A stretch of 64,000 nt of DNA from Clostridium sp. Its GTDB lineage: Bacteria > Cyanobacteriota > Vampirovibrionia > Gastranaerophilales > Gastranaerophilaceae. Each line of letters starts with the position of its first letter. Position 1 is the stretch's first letter. A model generated the notes under the pieces. That model made no database searches. It worked only from the letters and a program-made list of their open reading frames with translations, and was not told the origin of the DNA. Below are positions 56,708-64,000 of the stretch, in pieces. The DNA lies in contig JAHALR010000002.1 of NCBI GenBank assembly GCA_018362895.1, positions 400 to 64,399 on the forward strand, read 5' to 3'. The position numbers and the translations under genes were made by a program.

Positions 56708-58706
56708 CGTATAAGTCTCCTATATAGGAATCATTTTGTGCACGCCGTTGAATTATCTTGTCTCCATATTGAGAACCTTTGATAATTTCTTCGGATGCCC
56801 ATTTACACACTTTTGCGGGGTAGTTTTCTCCAGCTTTTGAACACAAGTCCCCGACTACACTATAATGCATTGCGATTTTTAATTCAAGTTGTGAACGTTT
56901 CTTATTATTTTCTTTGTCAAAATTTTTATTATAATTTGCAATCTTTTTATAGCCGTCTTCTCCCAGAGCGTTGATTTTTTCTTTTTCAATAATGCTGTCT
57001 ATGATGTTATTAGTTTTGTTCTGTCTTTTTTGAAGACCGCATTCTCTTATTAACTTGGCACTGTTTAAGTTTATTAAGGTGTTATAACAGTTTCTGGTTT
57101 CATGGAATTTGTCCTGTTTCAGCAATACAAATGCCATTTTTTCAAGAATTTTAAGCTTTTCATCATCCTGTGCATTTTTGCTGTATAAAATTTCAAGAAT
57201 TTTTCCGTAAAAATATTCTGCACCGCCATACTCGCCTTTTTCTTCGTCTTTTTGTGCAAGCTTTTCATAGTCGTCTATTTCCAGAGTGTTGTTTTTTAAC
57301 TTCTGGTTTTCTCTGTATTTTATGTCTTTTGCAATGCAGTTAAAAACAGCAAAACAGCTTCCCCACATAGATAAAACACTGGGTTTGCCGCTGCCTTCAC
57401 AGTCACATTTTGGGAAGATAACTTTGTTGTCTTTGTTTGTTCTGAAAAAGAGTTTGAGTGATTTGTCAGTGTATTCGCCTTGGATATTAAGCTTTTTGGC
57501 GTTTATTGTTTGTTCGTCAAAAAGGTCTTTGACTTTGTAAAGCTTGTCTTCCGGTGCGGCTTCGGGATTGTTTTTCAAAAGTTCTGTTTCGTTTTTGTCT
57601 GCGAGAACTTCATTTATATCTCTTCCTACGAATTTGACAAGGTTTTCAATTTCGTCGTTTGCAGGAAATTCTTCGAAAGGATATTCATTTGTTTCTGTGT
57701 CAGTATAGCTGTATCCGATTACTTTGTTTGATTCTTTGTCTCTTACAGGAGAAAAGTTATATACACCTCTGGCACCATCTGTGATGCATGTATCGTATGC
57801 TGCAAACATATAGTCCTGAGCTCCGTCAGCTTCTTTTACTGTTACAACATTTGCTTCTGAAAGAGAAAGAAGATTGAAATCATACCAGTTGTTTCTTTTA
57901 ATTTCTGAAGCCATTTCATCAACAACACCGTTTATGTCTTCTCCTGTTGCGATAAAATGATAAAGTTCCGGCTTGAGTCCTCTTTGACCGGCCATCCATT
58001 TCAGCGTATCATCATGCGGGTGCCCGGCGGGAATGTATACTTTGGCACCTTTTTCTTTGAGGCTGTTAAGTTCGTTTATTACGCCCCAGGTATATTCTAT
58101 GCCCTGATGAAGCGGATCCATATAGTCGATATTCTGTCTGTAACGGTCAGGGTTGTAATATATTTCTTTGAGGAAGTCGAGAATTTGAGCTTTGTTTGTC
58201 TTGACTGTCTGGTGTGTGAGATTCAGGTAGTGCCCTGTTACAGAATTTATTTGATCTCTGAGGTTTAAAAGCGGGACTGTTGCAAGTGCAGGAACAGCTA
58301 CATAGTCGCCTTTTTTCAGGGTTGTGCTTTCGTTAAGAAGTTGGAGTTCGTGTTCCAGACTTTTGAGTTGTTTTACGTTTCTGTCTTTAGGGTTGACTTC
58401 CACATTGTGCATTTCAATGTCCATATTTTTTTCAACAGCTTTTGCAAAGTGGGAGACGTTTGAGGCGTGGTTGCTTCCGTCTACAATGTGAACGGGATAC
58501 CCCATAAATGAAATTTTTTTTGAAGCTGCTAAGTTAGAGAAAGCGGTGATTTGAATACCTTTAAAGCTTAAAATACTGTTGTTGTCGGGAATAGAATATG
58601 AAATCGGGATGAGGCAATTTTTTTGAATTTGTTTTTTGTTTTTATATTGCCAATTTCTGTTTATTATGCCTGAATGATGCTTTACTGTTGAATTGTTGAC
58701 AATCAA
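56688..58706 (-). CDS. Large hypothetical protein containing ILSFKG / ISFMG tag-like motifs; start uncertain
   Basis: The ORF is open to 58748. I favour TTG 58706, with GGAG 7 nt upstream. It overlaps the downstream amidohydrolase start by 20 nt, so the two form an operon. A weak subtilase-like pattern (VHIVDG..NHASNV, IPAGHP, LSMWGS) is not secure. Confidence 0.6.
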   Translation of the reverse strand: MIVNNSTVKHHSGIINRNWQYKNKKQIQKNCLIPISYSIPDNNSILSFKGIQITAFSNLAASKKISFMGYPVHIVDGSNHASNVSHFAKAVEKNMDIEMHNVEVNPKDRNVKQLKSLEHELQLLNESTTLKKGDYVAVPALATVPLLNLRDQINSVTGHYLNLTHQTVKTNKAQILDFLKEIYYNPDRYRQNIDYMDPLHQGIEYTWGVINELNSLKEKGAKVYIPAGHPHDDTLKWMAGQRGLKPELYHFIATGEDINGVVDEMASEIKRNNWYDFNLLSLSEANVVTVKEADGAQDYMFAAYDTCITDGARGVYNFSPVRDKESNKVIGYSYTDTETNEYPFEEFPANDEIENLVKFVGRDINEVLADKNETELLKNNPEAAPEDKLYKVKDLFDEQTINAKKLNIQGEYTDKSLKLFFRTNKDNKVIFPKCDCEGSGKPSVLSMWGSCFAVFNCIAKDIKYRENQKLKNNTLEIDDYEKLAQKDEEKGEYGGAEYFYGKILEILYSKNAQDDEKLKILEKMAFVLLKQDKFHETRNCYNTLINLNSAKLIRECGLQKRQNKTNNIIDSIIEKEKINALGEDGYKKIANYNKNFDKENNKKRSQLELKIAMHYSVVGDLCSKAGENYPAKVCKWASEEIIKGSQYGDKIIQRRAQNDSYIGDLYDESHKG

Positions 58707-58842
58707 TACTCTTCTCCGGATTGTAAGATTAACAAAACAAAAACGCAAAAAGACTATTTTTTGCTACTAAAAAGAATAAACACTTAACAATTGTACAACA
58801 TGTTTTTCATATAAAGAATTTATTAAAATATCTTTATTTTTA

Positions 58843-58871
58843 TTGACAACAAAAATAAATAAAAATATGCT
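58843..58871 (+). promoter_or_regulatory. Candidate sigma-70 promoter for the glutamate synthase operon (TTGACA-N17-TATGCT)
   Basis: Hexamers at 58843-58848 and 58866-58871, 32 nt upstream of the ATG at 58903. Confidence 0.45.
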
Positions 58872-58902
58872 AAAAACACTAGGTGAATTAAGGTAGGCAA
58901 TA

Positions 58903-60012
58903 ATGTGTCGTATAGGTGCTATCAAATCAAAAAAATATTTACATCCGCTTAAAGCACTTGAGTTGATGCGTTCTCAGCAAAAAGGGCACGACAACTCCGG
59001 TTTTGCTTTTGTTATGCAGGATTTGGGCGGTGTTTTTGAAAATTATAAAGAACTCCCGATTCTTTCAATGGCTTGTACAAATGAGGGAATGCACATTGCC
59101 GAGGATATCCTCCACTCAATAGGCTTTGTCCGTGTAATGCAATGGGCACCCGATGTGCACAATGACATAGAGGGCTTGAATATAAAACCTATGCCTAACT
59201 ATGTTTTTGAAGTTTTTAACTATCCTCATTCTTATAAATATGCACCAAAAGAAGAAAAAGAGGCGCTTCTTCTTGACACACGCCTGAGACTGAGAAAAGC
59301 TCTTGAAGAAGCAGACGAAGGCTATGTTTATTCATTCTGGCCTGATTTGTTGACTCTGAAGGAAATCGGAGATCCGAGAGACATTGGAACATACTTTGGT
59401 CTTTGGGAGGAGAAAGAAGATTTTTGCGCAAAAATTATCACTGCACAGTGCAGACAAAATACAAACTACGACATTGTGCGTTATGCTGCACACCCATTCT
59501 TTTTACAAGGCTATACCGCATTGTGTAACGGTGAAAATACTTTTTATGAAAAGAATAAACTTTTTCAAAAAAAACTGCATAAAGGCTATATAGGTTTTGA
59601 AAGTGATTCTCAGTGCTTTTTGTATACGCTTCATTATGTGAATAAAATCCTGAAATGGCCTTTAAAATATTTTAAACACGTAATCACTCCGTTGCCGTAT
59701 GAGGAGATGACTGCTAGAAAAGATTCGGAAATTCTTCTTAGAATAAAGGCCTCGCTTGCACATCTTGAAGCAAACGGCCCTAATTCTATGATTGCAGTTA
59801 CTCCGGACGGAACAATGTTTACGACATGCGATTCAAAAAAACTGCGTCCTGTCGTTGTCGGAAAAACTGAGGACACAGTCATTATTACATCAGAGGTTAC
59901 AGGCATAAATGAAATTATGCCCGATCGTGATATTTCAGAAGATATCTATCCTAACGAAAGAGAAATGGTTGTTGTGGACAATGACCTGAATATTGAAAGG
60001 TGGCAGCAATAG
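58903..60012 (+). CDS. Glutamate synthase, class-II (Ntn) glutamine amidotransferase subunit (archaeal/split type)
   Basis: Starts MCRIGAI, with a Cys nucleophile directly after Met, then GHDNSGFAF. First gene of a three-gene glt-like cluster. Confidence 0.85.
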   Translation: MCRIGAIKSKKYLHPLKALELMRSQQKGHDNSGFAFVMQDLGGVFENYKELPILSMACTNEGMHIAEDILHSIGFVRVMQWAPDVHNDIEGLNIKPMPNYVFEVFNYPHSYKYAPKEEKEALLLDTRLRLRKALEEADEGYVYSFWPDLLTLKEIGDPRDIGTYFGLWEEKEDFCAKIITAQCRQNTNYDIVRYAAHPFFLQGYTALCNGENTFYEKNKLFQKKLHKGYIGFESDSQCFLYTLHYVNKILKWPLKYFKHVITPLPYEEMTARKDSEILLRIKASLAHLEANGPNSMIAVTPDGTMFTTCDSKKLRPVVVGKTEDTVIITSEVTGINEIMPDRDISEDIYPNEREMVVVDNDLNIERWQQ

Positions 60013-61658
60013 ATACTCGTGTTATAAAAACAAATGACGTTTCAAAAAACGACCTGAAATGGCAGATAGAATACGACCCGAAAAGGTGTACGCTTTGTGG
60101 GAAATGTTGTGCGGCTTGCACATTTAACGCTATTGAGTTTGGGGTTGAAAGAAGAAGAAAAGTAAAAAGCGAAGGAGCTTTGCCTAATCCTAAAGTTACG
60201 TGGGAAACTGAGCCTGTTGTGAAACAGGTTATAACGAAGAATAAAAATTGCGTGGGCTGTGGTATGTGTGCTAAAGTCTGCCCGAATGAAGCAATAAAAC
60301 CTGTTTATAATGAACATAACAGGGTAAATGTGATTTACAGAGCGGAAAATGCCGAATCTCCGAAAAGGGGCGGGCGTTCTAATTTGCATACAGAGGGCAG
60401 AACCCTTGATAAGATAAAAATCGGAAGAATCTCTCAGATGACAGACCCGTCACTGGATGCGATGAGACACACTTTTGATATTCTGGCTCCGTTTGGAAGA
60501 GTTCTTCCTCCTGAAAAACTGCCTTTTGAAATAGGCGAAGACGGAGAACTTCATATGAAAAGCCAGGCTCCAAACACAAGATGGATTTATCCGATAATCA
60601 TAGGCGATATGTCTGTCGGAGCGCTTTCAACAAGAATGTGGGAAGCTGTTGCAATGGCTGTTGCATATTTGAATGAGGTTGCCGGACTGCCTGTCAGAAT
60701 GTGTTCGGGTGAGGGCGGTATGCCTTTGAAACTTTTGCGCTCAAGATACTTAAAATATATGATTCTTCAGATTGCATCAGGGCACTTTGGCTGGGACAGA
60801 ATTATTAACGCAATGCCTGAAATGACGGAAGATCCGGCAGGTGTGCTGATAAAAATCGGACAGGGGGCAAAACCCGGTGACGGCGGTCTTCTGCTTGCTA
60901 AGAAAGTGGTCAGACATATTCAGGAAATCAGAGGTGTTCCAAAATCTGACCTGCTCTCTCCTCCGAATCATCAGGGCTTGTATTCTATTGAAGAAAGCGT
61001 TCAGAAAATGTTTTTGTCTATGAACTCGGCTTTCAAATTCAGAGTTCCTGTTGCAATTAAAGTTGCAGCTTCTGTTACGAGTGTCAGCGTTTATAATAAC
61101 CTTTTAAGAGATCCGTATAATATTGTTGGCGGCTTTTTCCTTGACGGAATAGCCGGAGGGACCGGTGCTGCGCATGAAGTTTCACTTGACCATACGGGGC
61201 ATCCGATTGTTTCAAGGCTGAGAGACTGTTATCTGGCTGCTGTGCACCAGGGTAAACAGGGGCAGATTCCACTTTGGGCAGCAGGCGGAATCGGCATGAA
61301 CGGAACACTTGCAGCCGATGCCTTCAAGATGATTTGTCTCGGTGCTAACGGTGTGTTTACAGGCAAATTGATTTTGCAGATTGCAGGCTGTATAGGAAAT
61401 GACTTTGGTCGCTGCAATGCCTGCAACACCGGTCTTTGTCCTGTTGGCATCACTACCCAGAACAAAACCCTTGTGGACAGACTTGATGTTGATAAGGTTG
61501 CACAAAATATTGTGAACTACTTCCTTGCAACTCATACTGAATTGAAAAAACTTCTTGCTCCTATCGGAAACAGCTCGCTTCCTGTTGGAAGGTCAGATGC
61601 TCTCGTTACTGTGGACAAAAACGTTGCTACGAGATTGGATATACAACATGTGTGCTAA
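60000..61658 (+). CDS. Glutamate synthase FMN/[Fe-S] subunit (GltB central domain with an N-terminal 2x[4Fe-4S] ferredoxin)
   Basis: GTG start overlapping the upstream gene. CTLCGKCCAAC and CVGCGMCAKVCP motifs. IKIGQGAKPGDGG.L...KV......R and LSPP.H......E motifs of the GltS FMN domain. Confidence 0.9.
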   Translation: MAAIDTRVIKTNDVSKNDLKWQIEYDPKRCTLCGKCCAACTFNAIEFGVERRRKVKSEGALPNPKVTWETEPVVKQVITKNKNCVGCGMCAKVCPNEAIKPVYNEHNRVNVIYRAENAESPKRGGRSNLHTEGRTLDKIKIGRISQMTDPSLDAMRHTFDILAPFGRVLPPEKLPFEIGEDGELHMKSQAPNTRWIYPIIIGDMSVGALSTRMWEAVAMAVAYLNEVAGLPVRMCSGEGGMPLKLLRSRYLKYMILQIASGHFGWDRIINAMPEMTEDPAGVLIKIGQGAKPGDGGLLLAKKVVRHIQEIRGVPKSDLLSPPNHQGLYSIEESVQKMFLSMNSAFKFRVPVAIKVAASVTSVSVYNNLLRDPYNIVGGFFLDGIAGGTGAAHEVSLDHTGHPIVSRLRDCYLAAVHQGKQGQIPLWAAGGIGMNGTLAADAFKMICLGANGVFTGKLILQIAGCIGNDFGRCNACNTGLCPVGITTQNKTLVDRLDVDKVAQNIVNYFLATHTELKKLLAPIGNSSLPVGRSDALVTVDKNVATRLDIQHVC

Positions 61659-63996
61659 AAAATTTACTATAAACAGTTTGGAAAATAATAAAAGACTTTC
61701 ATCTCAAGAGTTGTTACAGCTCATATATGCAAAGATGAAAGAGGGGTATACTTCTTTTGAAATTACGGCATCAGGTCAGCATAATATAGGCGGTCCATTG
61801 TGGAGCGAAGACGGAACGCCGCTTTGTTTTGAACTTAAAAACCCCGGACAGCGTGCAGGCTCAATGGGTATGCCGAATACAAAAATTGTTATAGAAGGTT
61901 CTGCTCCTGCTGATGTGGGCTGGCTGAACTCGGGTGCAGAGATTATTCTCAAAGGTGATGGCGGTGATACAACAGCACATTGTGCTGCAAGCGGAAAGGT
62001 CTATGTTGGCGGACGTGTCGGAACTCGTTCCGGTGCATTGATGAAACATGACCCCAAATATCCTGCGCCTGAATTTTGGGTGTTGAAAAATACAGGTTCG
62101 TTTTCGTTTGAGTTTATGGGCGGCGGAACAGCTGTTGTATGCGGCGTGGACTGTGAGGGAATGGAATCCATTCTCGGAAGCCGTTCTTGTGTGGGGATGG
62201 TCGGCGGTACTATTTATGTCAGAGGTGCTGTAAGCGGACTGTCTGAAGATGTTTATCTTGTTGAGCTTGATGATTCTGATGCTGCATTTTTGAAAAACGG
62301 TTTGCAGGACTTTCTTGCAAAAATTGAAAGACTTGAACTGCTTGATATGTTGTCTGATTTTTCTCAATGGAAAAAAATTGTCGCAAAAACTTTTGAAGAA
62401 CGGAAATCAAATCATCTTATTCCAATGAAAGATTTTCGTCTTAATAACTGGGAAAAGGAAAACAAGGGCGGGATTTTTTCTGATGTTTATGAGGATGATT
62501 TCAAAGTTTATTCTATCGTGAACAAAGGCGACCACAGGCTTCGCTACCCGAGCTGGGAAAATTATACACAGTCGGCACCCTGCGAAAGTCATTGTCCTAT
62601 CGGAATACCTACTCAAAAAAGAATAAACCTTATAAAAAATGACAAAATAAAAGAAGCTCTTGAGCTGATGCTTGATTATACTCCTTTTCCGGCATGTGTG
62701 TGCGGAAATCTCTGTCCTAACCTTTGTATGGAGGAGTGTAACAGAGGATATGTTGATGAGCCGATAAAGTTTGATGCTCTCGGGATGATGAGTCGTGATG
62801 TAAAAATCGGACCTTTTTCATCGACTAAAAACAGTTCTGTTGCCGTAATAGGCGGCGGTGTCGCCGGTCTTTCAGCAGCTTGGAGACTTAAAAAAGACGG
62901 TTACAGTGTTACTGTTTTTGATGACGATAAAGAAATCGGAGGAAAACTCAGACAGGTTATTCCTTCTGAACGTTTGTCAAAAGAGTGCCTTGATGCGGAA
63001 ATTGAGCGCGTGAAAAATTCAGGTATAGATTTTGTTCTGAATACCAAGCTTACAGATACTCTTTTTGATGAAATTACTTCAAAATATGATGCAGTTATAA
63101 TAGCCTGCGGTGCTCACAACCCTGTTGTTATTCCTTTTGAGGGGCATGAAAAGCTTGTCAAAGGGCTTGAGTTTTTAAAAGCAGTAAAAAATAATCAAAA
63201 ACCTGAAATAGGTAAAAAGGTAGTTGTAATTGGCGCAGGCAATGCAGCCATGGATGTTATAATCGAGGCTTATAACTGTGGTGCACAAAAAGTTACTGCT
63301 ATTGATATACAAAAACCGGCGGCTTTTGATAAAGAAATCAACCATGTGAAAGCAAAAGGCGCAGAGATTCTTTATCCGTGCTTTACTGAAAAGGTTACGG
63401 AACAAGGAGTTGTGTTAAAAGACGGAACAGTGCTTGAGGCTGACACTGTAATCATTTCCATAGGCGACCGCCCGAAACTCGATTTTGTTCCTTCTTCGTG
63501 GCTTGATGAAAGAGGTATGCTAAAGTTGAATAAGTTTAAACAAACCGAAAACAAAAAAGTGTTTGCTGCCGGTGATGTTATTAAACAGGGGCTTTTTACA
63601 AATGCGATTGCTGACGGAAATAAGGCGGCAAAAAATGTCGAAAACTTGCTCGAAGGCAAAGAGCTTGATACTTTTGACACAGCTCCTCAGCTTCCTCGTG
63701 ACAGGGTAAAAACAGAATATTATCAAGGACTTTCGGCAATGAAAGTTCAAGAAATTGATGCCTGGGACGAAAAAGAAAGATGCTTGTCTTGCGGTTTGTG
63801 CAGGGATTGTGAATTTTGTCTTCAAGCATGTCCCGAACAAGCTATCAGCAAATTTGTTGATATAAATGGAAATACTGTTTATACTTCAAATGAAGAACGC
63901 TGTATAGGCTGCGGAATTTGTGCAGGAGTGTGTCCGTGCGGAATCTGGACGATGAAAGATAATTTCGAAAACATCGATGATCTGGCAAGTATATAA
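61648..63996 (+). CDS. Fusion protein: glutamate synthase GXGXG (GltB C-terminal) domain + GltD-like NAD(P)H flavoprotein + C-terminal 2x[4Fe-4S] ferredoxin
   Basis: Start at ATG 61648 (ATGTGTGCTAA overlap). GXGXG-type beta-helix (IEGSAPADVGWLNSGAEIILKGDGGD...GKVYVGGRVG). GltD Fe-S region (CPN.C...C). VAVIGGGVAGLSAA and VVVIGAGNAAMD dinucleotide folds. CLSCGLCRDCEFC and CIGCGICAGVCP. Confidence 0.88.
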   Translation: MCAKKFTINSLENNKRLSSQELLQLIYAKMKEGYTSFEITASGQHNIGGPLWSEDGTPLCFELKNPGQRAGSMGMPNTKIVIEGSAPADVGWLNSGAEIILKGDGGDTTAHCAASGKVYVGGRVGTRSGALMKHDPKYPAPEFWVLKNTGSFSFEFMGGGTAVVCGVDCEGMESILGSRSCVGMVGGTIYVRGAVSGLSEDVYLVELDDSDAAFLKNGLQDFLAKIERLELLDMLSDFSQWKKIVAKTFEERKSNHLIPMKDFRLNNWEKENKGGIFSDVYEDDFKVYSIVNKGDHRLRYPSWENYTQSAPCESHCPIGIPTQKRINLIKNDKIKEALELMLDYTPFPACVCGNLCPNLCMEECNRGYVDEPIKFDALGMMSRDVKIGPFSSTKNSSVAVIGGGVAGLSAAWRLKKDGYSVTVFDDDKEIGGKLRQVIPSERLSKECLDAEIERVKNSGIDFVLNTKLTDTLFDEITSKYDAVIIACGAHNPVVIPFEGHEKLVKGLEFLKAVKNNQKPEIGKKVVVIGAGNAAMDVIIEAYNCGAQKVTAIDIQKPAAFDKEINHVKAKGAEILYPCFTEKVTEQGVVLKDGTVLEADTVIISIGDRPKLDFVPSSWLDERGMLKLNKFKQTENKKVFAAGDVIKQGLFTNAIADGNKAAKNVENLLEGKELDTFDTAPQLPRDRVKTEYYQGLSAMKVQEIDAWDEKERCLSCGLCRDCEFCLQACPEQAISKFVDINGNTVYTSNEERCIGCGICAGVCPCGIWTMKDNFENIDDLASI

Positions 63997-64000
63997 GATT

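Noticed and set aside
41497-58748. The idea that the SFKG tag is an encapsulin-type cargo-loading peptide, given its superficial similarity to GSLKG-like motifs.
   Set aside because: No HK97-fold shell candidate is recognisable in this window. The similarity is only 3-4 residues, and known family-1 loading peptides are mostly C-terminal. It is kept only as one hypothesis to test within the tag finding.
1-64000. A search for mobile elements, prophage remnants, tRNA/rRNA genes, toxin-antitoxin pairs and restriction-modification genes.
   Set aside because: No integrase, transposase, recombinase, terminal inverted repeats, cloverleaf-capable intergenic sequences or methylase motifs were seen. 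Every intergenic gap is under about 320 nt and is explained by promoters or terminators.

Overview
Densely coding, low-GC bacterial chromosomal window with about 60 CDS on both strands. I found no rRNA, tRNA, CRISPR array, integrase or transposase. Recognisable content, in order: (1) rpoA-rplQ-truA-rplM-rpsI; (2) a TPR/YkgJ-like/unknown membrane protein block ending in the Kdo transferase waaA; (3) rpsF-ssb-rpsR; (4) an orphan LeuC/HacA-type dehydratase large subunit; (5) an EF-hand/LysM-like repeat protein behind a near-consensus sigma-28 promoter; (6) glgC co-transcribed with a thioredoxin-fold lipoprotein and two pseudopilins; (7) an RND efflux triad (adaptor, pump, TolC-like); (8) a 1163-aa zinc-ribbon/cyclase-like/AAA/TPR protein with a small membrane protein; (9) a tail-less ssb paralog followed by a DUF1537 acid-sugar kinase and pdxA-family dehydrogenase; (10) desulfoferrodoxin and ferritin; (11) a Ycf45/SpoIIIAA-like R3H ATPase; (12) NfeD and flotillin; (13) an isolated nuoJKLMN-like membrane module; (14) radA; (15) a FliA-type sigma factor; (16) three tandem pseudopilin paralogs; (17) a trimeric HydCBA-type [FeFe] hydrogenase with a Rex-like operator; (18) a second LeuC-like paralog; (19) a split, archaeal-type glutamate synthase whose last gene fuses the GXGXG domain to a GltD-like subunit. 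The mix suggests an anaerobic, fermentative diderm from a non-photosynthetic cyanobacteria-related lineage (Melainabacteria-like); this is inference only. The supporting traits are LPS/TolC genes, a flagellar sigma factor, [FeFe] hydrogenase, superoxide reductase, a ycf45-like gene and cyanobacterial-style ribosomal gene order. The most unusual signals are: (a) a short non-hydrophobic N-terminal tag ending in SFKG/SFG, shared by five otherwise unrelated proteins between 41.5 and 58.7 kb; (b) the orphan, divergent complex-I membrane arm, including a 385-aa NuoL; (c) the zinc-ribbon/cyclase-like/STAND/TPR protein coupled to a small membrane protein; (d) the sigma-28-driven EF-hand/LysM-like mosaic protein. 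All functional calls rest on motif recognition by eye and no database search was run.
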